From the IMG/VR virus record IMGVR_UViG_3300022187_000028, positions 2,758-66,757 of that record: a DNA stretch of 64,000 nt. One strand, written 5' to 3'. Under the pieces are notes generated by a model that made no database searches, was not told the DNA's origin, and was given only the letters and a program-made list of their open reading frames with translations. Below, piece by piece: positions 26,625-35,824 of this stretch (position 1 is its first letter; each line of letters starts with the position of its first letter). Made by a program: the position numbers and the translations under genes. The DNA is from a virus.

Positions 26625-28072
26625 TTCAAGGAACTGCTCAACAAGAAGCAATTTGGGATGAAATGCAAAACGGTAGTGGAGACATTATGGTTGACGCTGG
26701 TGCTGGCACTGGTAAGACTTTCACAATCGTAGAAGGTGCAAATCGAATGTCCGGTAATATGGCGTTCTTTGCCTTCAATAAATCCATTGCTACTGAACTA
26801 GGTAAGAGATTGCCAGACAATGTTTATACTGCTACCTTTCACTCTATGGGTAATTCTGCAATTCGTGAGAATCTAGGATACCGTAAGATGGATAAGTGGA
26901 AGAGTTCCAATATTATCCGTGAAGTGATTGGAGAGAACTACTACGCTTTACCGTTAGTTAAACTAATTAGTTTGATGAAGGGTGGGCTAGTAGAAGCCAC
27001 TGATAGGAAATCAATTAAGCGATTGATTGATGTTCACCACATTCAATTTAATACAGACAGTGATGAGGTGATGGCTTTGAAGAATCTACCAATGATTATG
27101 CAGAAGATTAAGTCTTCCAATGTCATTGATTTCGATGATATGATTTGGCTACCAATTACATTGAATCTTCCATTGAAGAAATATGATGTTGTCTTTGTAG
27201 ACGAAGCACAAGACTTCAATCAAGTCCAACGAATGCTCATACTAAAATGCCTAGATGAAAACGCTCGATGCGTTATTGTTGGCGACCCAAATCAAGCAAT
27301 TTACGGATTCCGAGGAGCAGACTCTTCTTCTATGTCTTTGTTTGAAAACAGTCTAAAACAACTGGGCCGTACAGTAAGTAAGTATCCCCTTTCTTTAACA
27401 TGGCGTTGTCCAACTAGTGTGGTCGAAGAAGCCAACCGATTTGTTGTAGACTTCCATGCTGTAGAGGGGGCTAAGAAAGGCAATGTAATGACCCATGCTG
27501 ACTTTGAACCTGTCAAGGGTGATATGGTGCTATGCCGGTACAATGCTCCCCTTGTCGGTGCTTTCTACCGATTGATTGGTAAGGGCAAATCGGCCTATAT
27601 TCTAGGTCGTGACTTAGGGAAGGGACTTGTTCAAAGTGTGAAGAAAATCACAAAGGACATGAACATGACAACTCAAATGTTTGCTGAAAAGTTAGACGAA
27701 GAATACGAAAGACAACGAAACAAGTTGATGGAACAAGAGAAGTTAGCACAACTTAATACTCTTGAAGACCGACACGAATGTATTTGTCTATTCGTTTATA
27801 GGACGAATACTGTAAGAGAACTCATTGCTGAAATCGAAAGGGTCTTTCCTTACAAAGACGGTAAGGGAGATATTATGCTCTCTACTGTTCACAAGGCAAA
27901 GGGACTAGAAGCAGACAATGTGTATATTCTTGCTACTGAAAGAATGCCACACCCAAGGGCAATTAACATGCGTGAAGAAATGAACATCTGCTATGTTGCT
28001 ATTACAAGGGCTAAAAAGAATCTTTACTATGTTGGCCCTAAGCCAGCCGAAGGAGTTGTGCAAAATGGCTAG
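26591..28072 (+). CDS. UvrD/Rep-like superfamily 1 helicase (start may be TTG at 26621)
   Basis: AGAGTGKT, VDEAQD, VGDPNQAIYGFRGA, STVHKAKGLE, YVAITRAK. Confidence 0.92.
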   Translation: MGLQNIGDGFLIQGTAQQEAIWDEMQNGSGDIMVDAGAGTGKTFTIVEGANRMSGNMAFFAFNKSIATELGKRLPDNVYTATFHSMGNSAIRENLGYRKMDKWKSSNIIREVIGENYYALPLVKLISLMKGGLVEATDRKSIKRLIDVHHIQFNTDSDEVMALKNLPMIMQKIKSSNVIDFDDMIWLPITLNLPLKKYDVVFVDEAQDFNQVQRMLILKCLDENARCVIVGDPNQAIYGFRGADSSSMSLFENSLKQLGRTVSKYPLSLTWRCPTSVVEEANRFVVDFHAVEGAKKGNVMTHADFEPVKGDMVLCRYNAPLVGAFYRLIGKGKSAYILGRDLGKGLVQSVKKITKDMNMTTQMFAEKLDEEYERQRNKLMEQEKLAQLNTLEDRHECICLFVYRTNTVRELIAEIERVFPYKDGKGDIMLSTVHKAKGLEADNVYILATERMPHPRAINMREEMNICYVAITRAKKNLYYVGPKPAEGVVQNG

Positions 28073-28358
28073 ATATACTACAGTGACACACAGAAGAAAC
28101 CGAAGCCAGTTTAGAGGTAAGAATTGCTATGCCCTTTCTGCTATGGATGAGTGCTTCGATAAGAAAGAAGAATGGTATGCCAGCGAACTATTCATGGAAA
28201 TTAAGAATATGATTCACCCTAACCACATGCCAAGAAATGTTCATGCAGTAGGTTCACTATTGAAAAAACACTACGCTAAGTCTAACATACAAGATGGAAC
28301 AATCCCCCACAGACAATCAGCAGACTATCGTGCTAGATGGAAGAGGCGAGAAGAATGA
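28065..28358 (+). CDS. Hypothetical protein, possible winged helix
   Basis: Probable start MARYTT at 28065. Confidence 0.55.
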   Translation: MARYTTVTHRRNRSQFRGKNCYALSAMDECFDKKEEWYASELFMEIKNMIHPNHMPRNVHAVGSLLKKHYAKSNIQDGTIPHRQSADYRARWKRREE

Positions 28359-28534
28359 AAGATAAGAGAAAGTGGAATAAAGACCCCGAATACTTGGTTA
28401 GACTAATCAAAGAATATTATCAATGGATGATTACTGCTTCTACACATAACTACAACAATACCAAGGTATTAGTTGATGCCTACGAAACTTTCTTTTCTGG
28501 ACAGTTGAGTGATTCCGATGATAAATTGGATTAA
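28337..28534 (+). CDS. Hypothetical protein
   Basis: Short coupled ORF. Confidence 0.55.
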   Translation: MEEARRMKDKRKWNKDPEYLVRLIKEYYQWMITASTHNYNNTKVLVDAYETFFSGQLSDSDDKLD

Positions 28535-28757
28535 ATCATTCTTTGTTAGCGATGAAAGGATTGGCGGGAAAATAAAGTGCAACAAGTGTGGGCTTGGTGC
28601 TTCCGTCAATATGCTAATTGAATTTCAAACTCTAGATATGGAGGAGATTGAACAGAAAATACTAACTCGACTATGCTACGGGTGCATGGAAGATATTCAT
28701 ATACTATACAATCCGGAATGGATACCCGAACCAATAACGAGGAATAAAAATGAATGA
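28509..28757 (+). CDS. Small Zn-finger protein
   Basis: CNKC...CYGC. Confidence 0.6.
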   Translation: MIPMINWIKSFFVSDERIGGKIKCNKCGLGASVNMLIEFQTLDMEEIEQKILTRLCYGCMEDIHILYNPEWIPEPITRNKNE

Positions 28758-28968
28758 AGTAATTATGAAAGAATACTACGATGAAATGCTTGATGAAATA
28801 CATGGCACAATTGATGTGTGCGGTATTGAATGCAGTTCTTCATTAGCATTGTATAGAATGGACCCAATTGCATACCAAGTTGGAATGCGAGACTATGAAA
28901 GTATATTGCGTGAAGCACATGCAGAAGACGGCTCTTATGCTGATGTATTTGGAGATGAGGAAGAATGA
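28750..28968 (+). CDS. Acidic hypothetical protein
   Basis: YDEMLDE...DPIAY motif resembling small phage proteins. Confidence 0.62.
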   Translation: MNEVIMKEYYDEMLDEIHGTIDVCGIECSSSLALYRMDPIAYQVGMRDYESILREAHAEDGSYADVFGDEEE

Positions 28969-29261
28969 GCGAATGTGCTGAATGTAATGGAACCGGAGAA
29001 CGAATCGTAGAATGTTATACCCACGATGTTCTCTATAAGGAACCCTGCTACTGTTTATTGTGGGAGGAGCGTTTGAAAGAAGAACTAGCAATTAAGATTG
29101 CTAATGTACTAGCCGAGAAACTTTCTAAAGAGAGGCTAAGTCTTTGTCTTGCTTCTATTATAGTGGAAAGGAACCACCACGAAGAAGAATCCGTTAGAGC
29201 CTTAGAATATAGTGTTGCTAATGGCAACGCCGAATATCTTTTGAATTGGAGCATCATGTGA
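28965..29261 (+). CDS. Protein with N-terminal CxxCxGxG Zn finger
   Basis: CAECNGTG...PCYC. Confidence 0.62.
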   Translation: MSECAECNGTGERIVECYTHDVLYKEPCYCLLWEERLKEELAIKIANVLAEKLSKERLSLCLASIIVERNHHEEESVRALEYSVANGNAEYLLNWSIM

Positions 29262-29275
29262 AGCATGGTGACACT

Positions 29276-29524
29276 ATGGCAAACAAGAGGACTATCGAAA
29301 GATTAGAAAAAATACTAAAAAATGGAAGCAAAAACACAGCAGAGATACTAGACGAGTATCGAACACGCTGGCCGAAGGAGGCTTCGGGGGGTAGCAAGAT
29401 TGGTAATCTACTATCTAGTCACAAACAATTTGAAAAGATTGGAACCGAAAAAGTGACTGCTGATTTTAGTCAGTACAGTTATTCTGTCAATGTATGGAAA
29501 TTGACAAATGAGCGCATGGTGTAA
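29276..29524 (+). CDS. Winged-helix DNA-binding protein, paralog of the 43.6-44.3 kb family
   Basis: LKNGSKNTAEI...FEKIG...VWKL. Confidence 0.6.
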   Translation: MANKRTIERLEKILKNGSKNTAEILDEYRTRWPKEASGGSKIGNLLSSHKQFEKIGTEKVTADFSQYSYSVNVWKLTNERMV

Positions 29525-29584
29525 TGGATAGCATACCGGCCTTCTAAGCCGGTGATACGGGTTCGATTCCTGTTGCGCTCGCCA
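29510..29584 (+). tRNA. tRNA-Arg(TCT)
   Basis: Acceptor GAGCGCA/TGCGCTC, anticodon arm CCGGC-CTTCTAA-GCCGG, GGTTCGATTCC, encoded CCA. Confidence 0.93.
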
Positions 29585-29586
29585 AT

Positions 29587-29669
29587 GTCGAAGTGGTGGA
29601 GTAGGTCAAACACGCAGGGCTTAAACTCCTGTCCTAAATGGTTCGCAGGTTCAAATCCTGCCTTCGACA
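29587..29669 (+). tRNA. tRNA-Leu(TAA)
   Basis: Acceptor GTCGAAG/CTTCGAC, loop CTTAAAC, long variable arm, GGTTCAAATCC. Confidence 0.9.
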
Positions 29670-29674
29670 CCTAC

Positions 29675-29749
29675 GGAACAATAGCATAGTTTGGTTAATG
29701 CTCTCGGCTCATAACCGAGTGACCACAGGTTCAAATCCTGTTTGTTCCA
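29675..29749 (+). tRNA. tRNA with CAT anticodon (elongator Met or Ile2)
   Basis: Acceptor GGAACAA/TTGTTCC, arm CTCGG-CTCATAA-CCGAG. Confidence 0.88.
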
Positions 29750-29821
29750 CTCATTCAAATAGTGTAGTAGTGCTATCAATGACTACCGAGAGGGTGCAAT
29801 GCCCGATAATGAGGAATAAAT

Positions 29822-30067
29822 ATGAAAAATAAAATAACGAACGAAGCAAAAAGAGTAATTGGAAATGGTGCTTTTTGCGATTGTGGCGAACACTTGTCAC
29901 TTTTAGCAAAAGTAGATTATCATGAAACTCAATTGAAAATGAAAGGCATTATCCTAGCAAGTTATTCTGTTTGGTGCGATTGTGGAGAATGGGCAGAAGT
30001 TATCGAAGGCCGCAGTGATGGAAGAACAATCACTATGGAAATTGAATGTGATACTATCGGGGAATGA
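29822..30067 (+). CDS. Small Zn-ribbon protein
   Basis: CDCG...CDCG. Confidence 0.6.
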   Translation: MKNKITNEAKRVIGNGAFCDCGEHLSLLAKVDYHETQLKMKGIILASYSVWCDCGEWAEVIEGRSDGRTITMEIECDTIGE

Positions 30068-30426
30068 ATATGAACATACCACAAATTGAACAACGAATAT
30101 TGTTAAACGAACTAGTGAACCGCCAATCTGTAAGTAGACAAATGCTAGTAGATGCTTTGATTGCTAACGGACATTGTGGATTAGACCCACTACCGGCGAA
30201 GAATTCAGTTAGAGCAGGAATGATTGCTTTGAAGATTAAATGCAAGCATTTGGGCTTTGAACTATACACAATCAACATTGGCGGTCCTGCTGGCACTGAC
30301 TACGGAATTACTGAAGAAGCCTACGAATTCTTATTGGATAACTATTCGGAACCCGAATATGATGAAAATGGTGCTATGGTCGGTTTGACTATACTCTATC
30401 CTCCCTTCTCAACACAGGAAGAATGA
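30064..30426 (+). CDS. Hypothetical protein, possible winged helix
   Basis: 120 aa, coupled. Confidence 0.6.
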   Translation: MNMNIPQIEQRILLNELVNRQSVSRQMLVDALIANGHCGLDPLPAKNSVRAGMIALKIKCKHLGFELYTINIGGPAGTDYGITEEAYEFLLDNYSEPEYDENGAMVGLTILYPPFSTQEE

Positions 30427-30782
30427 CTATGGGAAGGGGAGCAGTAAAGAGAATCAATTGGCCTTTGATGAAGGAAAGTATTGAATTGACCTTCGATTCT
30501 TTAGACGAAAACAAGGAATATGATAAGACAGAATTCTATGACATTATTATACACCACTATCGGAGACTAGGTAGAGAGAGAATAGGATACCGAGGAGAAG
30601 TCCGTCAATTCGCTAGGAAGGGTGGAAAAGATACTTACAGAAGAGTGGCGCAGTGCGTCAAAGAAAGTAGGATTAACCGCTATGGATGGAAAACCTACTA
30701 CAAGAAAACCTACTTCTTCTCTGCCGATGGAAATAAACATACAAAAGAAAAAGCAAAAATAAAGAGGAATAAAAATGAATAA
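30423..30782 (+). CDS. Basic hypothetical protein
   Basis: 119 aa, coupled. Confidence 0.6.
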   Translation: MTMGRGAVKRINWPLMKESIELTFDSLDENKEYDKTEFYDIIIHHYRRLGRERIGYRGEVRQFARKGGKDTYRRVAQCVKESRINRYGWKTYYKKTYFFSADGNKHTKEKAKIKRNKNE

Positions 30783-31023
30783 AACACAAGTAGAATTTAA
30801 ATTGATTGATAATGAACACATGCCGCCTATGGTAATTAGCATGAATGAGAACGATGAACCAAAGGTGGTATTGAATACCCACCATAGGATTTGGATTAGT
30901 CTTAACCGTCGAGTTATTGCAGGTATTATTGATAACCTACAAGACAAAATGGACGAGATTCTTACTGGATTCTTATTGGAACAACGACAGAATGAAAAGA
31001 TGGATACGGAGGAATGGGCTTGA
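30775..31023 (+). CDS. Hypothetical protein
   Basis: 82 aa. Confidence 0.62.
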   Translation: MNKTQVEFKLIDNEHMPPMVISMNENDEPKVVLNTHHRIWISLNRRVIAGIIDNLQDKMDEILTGFLLEQRQNEKMDTEEWA

Positions 31024-32096
31024 AGTTCAAGAGAGAACTAGGTAATGGTCGATGGGACCAAACACTAAAGAGAGAACTTACTTTCTTATCCGAGGCTGAT
31101 AACTACGATGATGCTAAACTAGAGTGGGAGGCCACTGGTGAGTGTTGGTGGTGGAATGGTGAAGATGATACTGAAATACCCGAATGGGTTAGAGATTATG
31201 GCTACTGTCTTTGTGGTCACAGCATTGTTTATCATTTCGCTATTCGCAATACTATCACTGGACTTACTATGGCTGTTGGTTCCGACCACATCAACTCATA
31301 TCTTATCTTGAAAGAGATTGAAAAGAGTACGGGAATTGATAGAGAACTTATTACAGACGCTATGATTGAAGAATGGATTTCTGTTCGTATTGAGGGAATG
31401 AAGAATGAAGCATGGTGGTCTAAACACGGTGAGGACTTTGTTGAGAAGTTCACAGCAGTACGAGAATTGGACTTAAGGCTGAATGTGACTAATAATTGGA
31501 AAGGTTCTAAATTACGAAAGAGGGCCAATAGTGAAGGTATGGCTTCTATTGTATGGAGATGGAACCATCCCAATAATCGTAGAGCGCAGATAAACGGAAG
31601 GGGTTATCCTAACAAGTCATTATTAGCCGACCTAGATTACTTTTACAGATTTGTTGGAGGAGCGACTATCAATGGCCGCTCTTTTACAGAAGAAGAATAT
31701 GCTGACTATAGGAAGTCACTAGAAGATAAAAGAACTAAGTGGACTACTAGCGAAATGTTAGAATGGTATGGTTTTTCTAATAAAGGATATTTACAAAATT
31801 GGGAATTCCTAACTCCATCCGAAAAAGATTTCATTAGGAAGTTGCATCAAAATTATGTGATGGCACATAGAAACTCTTCTTTTATGTCATTGACTGCAAA
31901 TGACATTATTACTATCAAGCGTTTTATTGAATCTCCTTCACAGGAGCAAATCGAAAAGGCGCAAGAGTTGAACATGGAGAACAGCGACATAGAAAGATTC
32001 TCCAAACTACAACTAGGACGGGCTATTGCTCTAGAGCAAGGCAAACAAGCAAGGGAAAGTGACCGCTTAAATAGTGGTAGGACATGGGAGAAATAA
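31014..32096 (+). CDS. Hypothetical protein with CxCGH...VGSDH metal-binding motif
   Basis: CLCGHSIVYHFAIRN...VGSDHI. Confidence 0.65.
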   Translation: MGLKFKRELGNGRWDQTLKRELTFLSEADNYDDAKLEWEATGECWWWNGEDDTEIPEWVRDYGYCLCGHSIVYHFAIRNTITGLTMAVGSDHINSYLILKEIEKSTGIDRELITDAMIEEWISVRIEGMKNEAWWSKHGEDFVEKFTAVRELDLRLNVTNNWKGSKLRKRANSEGMASIVWRWNHPNNRRAQINGRGYPNKSLLADLDYFYRFVGGATINGRSFTEEEYADYRKSLEDKRTKWTTSEMLEWYGFSNKGYLQNWEFLTPSEKDFIRKLHQNYVMAHRNSSFMSLTANDIITIKRFIESPSQEQIEKAQELNMENSDIERFSKLQLGRAIALEQGKQARESDRLNSGRTWEK

Positions 32097-32108
32097 GAAG
32101 GTGATATT

Positions 32109-32315
32109 ATGATTACACTACGAATTTTAAATGAAACAGGACACACACAAGTTGAGATGGCTTTTTCGGAAGTCATTGAACAGATTGACAATCACCCTAC
32201 GCATTGGGTCTTTGTCAATGGAGAAATGGTTAGCCGAGAAGGAATTAACAGTATCAATTGGGACACTGTTCAATCTGTTGACCTAACCCCCGCTATCGTC
32301 GGAGGCTCTCTTTGA
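32109..32315 (+). CDS. Ubiquitin-like (ThiS/MoaD/SAMP beta-grasp) protein with GG-SL C-terminus
   Basis: 68 aa; VFVNGE and PAIVGG-SL; GGTGA SD; E1 and JAB genes nearby. Confidence 0.78.
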   Translation: MITLRILNETGHTQVEMAFSEVIEQIDNHPTHWVFVNGEMVSREGINSINWDTVQSVDLTPAIVGGSL

Positions 32316-32360
32316 GGTTGTCCTCTCTCCCATAACTACAACTTTCCCAAAAGTGAAACT

Positions 32361-32651
32361 ATGGCTCTCTTCCGAGATTTCGATGAGTGTAAGAAACTCG
32401 CTGTTCTTATTCTTGACGATTTCTTGGAAGAGAGTCACCCCGATTACATAGGAGTAGTCGAAAAAATCCGCTACGAAGAGACAAGCGGAAGAGAAAGTAG
32501 AGGTAAGTGCTACATGGTTGTTTCTAGACTGAAACAAGCCCTGTGGCAAAGCCCTATGGCAGTAGACATAGGGTTCCACGCCTACCTAGAAAGAAAGGTA
32601 GTCGAAAAGCGATTCATTATTGGATATAAGGAGGTGAACGAAGATGAGTAA
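32361..32651 (+). CDS. Hypothetical protein
   Basis: 96 aa. Confidence 0.55.
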   Translation: MALFRDFDECKKLAVLILDDFLEESHPDYIGVVEKIRYEETSGRESRGKCYMVVSRLKQALWQSPMAVDIGFHAYLERKVVEKRFIIGYKEVNEDE

Positions 32652-32802
32652 AAACCCCGACTATACCAAGAACAACCGAGGTCGCCCAATAGCGACTAAA
32701 TGTAGAGTATGTGGTGGCTCTTTAATGACACCACAAGACATGAAATTAGAGGCGCATGAAAACTGCCTCAAACAATACAAATCAAAAACATATATGATGT
32801 GA
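32644..32802 (+). CDS. 52 aa Zn-finger protein
   Basis: MSKNPDY...CRVCGG...HENC; GGAGGTGA SD. Confidence 0.62.
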   Translation: MSKNPDYTKNNRGRPIATKCRVCGGSLMTPQDMKLEAHENCLKQYKSKTYMM

Positions 32803-34175
32803 TTACGATGAGAAGAATAAATTTTGAAATATATACACAAGAGAATACGAAAACCCTAAGATGCAGTGTGCATTTTGAAAAGGATGGAAGAGAAGTTGTG
32901 TTCAGAGAACATATTTGCCCCAACAGACACCGAATAGATTCTAGGGTATTGTATTCAGCAGACCCTATTTTAGAAAAAACTTCCGAGGCATTTAATGAAA
33001 TCCTAAAGGGGGCATATAATAGACATCAATACTATAGAATGAATATTGTCGATGAGAACGGCACTACACACACGGAATATCCGGAAAGCGATAATTTGTT
33101 TTTCGTAATTACTTTTACTTCCAAATGCGATGCTGGCTTGGATAGTGAGGCTTCTAGGGAAGTAGAAGTCGTTATTTCTAAGAAGGGCAGTTCCTATTCA
33201 ATTAACGGCATGGCCACCCCTAGAAAACACATCGCCCCTATTCTCGCTAGAATTCTTTTGGATATTGATGCTAAAACAAAAAGAAAAGAGGTTCCGCTAT
33301 CTAGGAAAGAGTTGAGGGATATTGTGGCTAGTTCTATTCTAGTTCCGGAAGACATTAGATATGTTCTTACTACTAGACTACCTTTTCAATATATGAAAGA
33401 GGGTCGAACAATCAATGTTAGATTACAAGTAATGCAAATTTCCGATGACGACTATGCAATAGAAATCAGTTCAAATGTTTGGGGTAAAATATCCCAAAAA
33501 GACCTAATGACTATGATTGGTTTTTATCGTCATGGTAAGCGAGTAGGGAACTGGAAGTTCCTTAGTCCTAAAACCCTCTTTACTCGTTTAATGAATAAGG
33601 AACCTACGGAAGCAGAAACTAAATTGATGATGGCCTTCTTAGAACAGAATCGCTCGGAGAAGTTAGTGCAAGAAAGAGCCATGACGCTTCTTGATGATTT
33701 ATTGGTTCAATATCCGGACAGGGTAAAAAGAAAGGATAGTGAAGAAGCAATACGAATCATTGTTTCCGGACAAACCTCCGATTGGCTACTCTGTGGCTCT
33801 AAGTCTAATCTCAAAAGAGAAAGCATAGGAGTTCAAGCAGTTAGTACTCAAATGCTTAGAGTTAAGAGTGAAGATACCGGAGATATAATGTACTGGGGTC
33901 ATAGTATTTGCATAAACACTGGAGGAAAGAACCCCTCCCTTGGCGACCAATTTGCCTCAAGGATTCTCTCCCTATTGAATGACAGAATGACTATGAGTAG
34001 AGTCAGCACTTTAGGAAGTGAAGTGACGGCATCTAAACCTAGATTGGTTATGAGTTCTAAGATATTCACTCGTACTAAGATTGATGTAAATAATCCATTC
34101 AGTTCTAAATTTGAATTAATGTGTAATAAAGGTGAAAAAAATGAAATGCTTAGAATGCCAATCATTGAAGAATAA
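32799..34175 (+). CDS. Hypothetical protein within the Ubl/E1/JAB region
   Basis: 458 aa; C-terminal HSICI...GDQFASRILSLLND. Confidence 0.65.
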   Translation: MITMRRINFEIYTQENTKTLRCSVHFEKDGREVVFREHICPNRHRIDSRVLYSADPILEKTSEAFNEILKGAYNRHQYYRMNIVDENGTTHTEYPESDNLFFVITFTSKCDAGLDSEASREVEVVISKKGSSYSINGMATPRKHIAPILARILLDIDAKTKRKEVPLSRKELRDIVASSILVPEDIRYVLTTRLPFQYMKEGRTINVRLQVMQISDDDYAIEISSNVWGKISQKDLMTMIGFYRHGKRVGNWKFLSPKTLFTRLMNKEPTEAETKLMMAFLEQNRSEKLVQERAMTLLDDLLVQYPDRVKRKDSEEAIRIIVSGQTSDWLLCGSKSNLKRESIGVQAVSTQMLRVKSEDTGDIMYWGHSICINTGGKNPSLGDQFASRILSLLNDRMTMSRVSTLGSEVTASKPRLVMSSKIFTRTKIDVNNPFSSKFELMCNKGEKNEMLRMPIIEE

Positions 34176-35007
34176 ATTCGATGAAGTCTTAGGAGAACTA
34201 ATTTGTGAAGAGTGTGGTTTAGTTCTAGTGACTGAACCCTTTGAGCAAGGGACTTATCTACAGGACAGCCAAGGCTCAATTATTAGAGAGCGTTGGTCTT
34301 CCAATTTACATGAAATGGGATTACAGACGATAAAACCTAAATCCCTGTCCTTCGCTCAAATTGAAAATAAGGCAGTGTATAAAGGAGTTTCAATGTGTAG
34401 ACTACTGATGGCATCACTAAAGATACCAAGAACTTCTACAATCTTTACTACTGTAGAGGAATTGTATTTGATGCTCTACAGAAAGCACACATTTTCTACT
34501 GCCCCTCTTGAAAATAGAGCGGCGGCACTTGTCTACTACTGTTTGAAAAATGAGTCACTTCCCTTCACACTGAAAGAAGTTTGTGCTGAATACGAATGCA
34601 ACAAGAAGTCTGTGTTTAGGTTGGCTAGGAAGATAGCAAAGGAAGAGAACAATACCGGAGTTTTTCTAATAAAGGAATGTAGACCATTCGCTGAAAAATA
34701 TGCTATGTTATTAGCAGACGAACTAGAACACTACCCTTCTTACTTAGGAAAGGTTTCCCTGCTATCAATTCACTTTGATAATATTCTCTCGAAATCTAAC
34801 GAGAATATCAAGCCAAGTACTCCAGCCGCATATTGTTCTATTGTGGCTACTATGGAGAACATGAACATAACGAACAAGAAAATAGAATCGGTTAGTGGTA
34901 TTGGGTATGATGCCATTGGTCGAGAAGTCAAGAGGCTTTTGAAAATAATTAATACCAATAAAAAACAAATAAAAGGAAGAGGAATAGAATGCCTAGAAAA
35001 ATATTGA
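34141..35007 (+). CDS. tfb: Transcription factor IIB (TFB)-like protein
   Basis: N-terminal Zn ribbon CLEC...GELICEECGLV and two cyclin-like repeats (AAALVYYC...TLKEV). Confidence 0.82.
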   Translation: MKCLECQSLKNKFDEVLGELICEECGLVLVTEPFEQGTYLQDSQGSIIRERWSSNLHEMGLQTIKPKSLSFAQIENKAVYKGVSMCRLLMASLKIPRTSTIFTTVEELYLMLYRKHTFSTAPLENRAAALVYYCLKNESLPFTLKEVCAEYECNKKSVFRLARKIAKEENNTGVFLIKECRPFAEKYAMLLADELEHYPSYLGKVSLLSIHFDNILSKSNENIKPSTPAAYCSIVATMENMNITNKKIESVSGIGYDAIGREVKRLLKIINTNKKQIKGRGIECLEKY

Positions 35008-35582
35008 TAATCGGAGCCGGTGGAATTGGGAGTTATCTCATTGACACCTTGAACAACCTAACAGGGAACGGAAGTTATGAGCGGGAACTCTACGAGATTA
35101 CCGTAAGTGACCCCGATACTATTGAAGAAAAGAATGTGACATACCAGCGTTTCACTACAGATAGTGTTGGGCAAAATAAAGCGTTCTTTATGAAGAAGAA
35201 CTATGAGCAGGTAGTAGTTGGAAACAAGTATCCAATTCTAGTTGACGACCAACTGAAAGGATATGACTTAGTAGTTTGTTGTGTTGATAATTTAAACACA
35301 CGACGAATGTTATACAAGGCCAATGTAGAAGAAGTAAAGTGGCTAGACCTTCGCTCTCAAGGAAGGAATGCCGCACTTGTTTCTTATCAAGCAGAGCCTT
35401 CTTCCTATGATACGCTACTAGCAGGTCCGGATGGTTCCTTCTCATGTCAAGGAGATTCTTGGGATGGTAGCAAGGAAGGTATCCATTTCATGCACTCTGT
35501 AATCGCTAGTATTGGGGCACAGTGGATGCAACGATGGTTTGCTGGAGAGAGCGTTAATCCGTTTATGGTGGTGAATGTATGA
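34989..35582 (+). CDS. ThiF/MoeB/E1-like Ubl-activating enzyme
   Basis: IIGAGGIGS, DPDTIEEKNVTYQ, GQNKA, VCCVDNLNTR. Confidence 0.88.
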   Translation: MPRKILIIGAGGIGSYLIDTLNNLTGNGSYERELYEITVSDPDTIEEKNVTYQRFTTDSVGQNKAFFMKKNYEQVVVGNKYPILVDDQLKGYDLVVCCVDNLNTRRMLYKANVEEVKWLDLRSQGRNAALVSYQAEPSSYDTLLAGPDGSFSCQGDSWDGSKEGIHFMHSVIASIGAQWMQRWFAGESVNPFMVVNV

Positions 35583-35824
35583 AGTGCTGTATTTGTAAAG
35601 GCGAAATACAAGCGCATAGTCACAACGGTAAAGTCTATTGGAGCGAAGGACATAACGCACAACCTTTGGTAGATGGCCGTTGTTGTGACACTTGTAATGG
35701 TTATGTTGTTGGTTTTAGAATATTCTGTATTAGTGGCCCAACTTTAGATTTTGAAGAACAAAGGCTGATAACTATAGAAATGGCTAGAACAAGTAATAAA
35801 AAAAACGGAGAGGAAGAAGAATGA
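35579..35824 (+). CDS. Zn-finger protein
   Basis: CCIC...GHNAQP...RCCDTC. Confidence 0.65.
   Translation: MKCCICKGEIQAHSHNGKVYWSEGHNAQPLVDGRCCDTCNGYVVGFRIFCISGPTLDFEEQRLITIEMARTSNKKNGEEEE

Noticed and set aside
29638-29832. 64-aa ORF over the tRNA cluster
   Set aside because: Overlaps two well-formed tRNA genes.
32109-35582. ThiS/ThiF as thiamine or molybdopterin biosynthesis genes
   Set aside because: No thiG, moaE or sulfurtransferase in the window; the masked GG plus JAB fits conjugation better, though sulfur transfer is not fully excluded.
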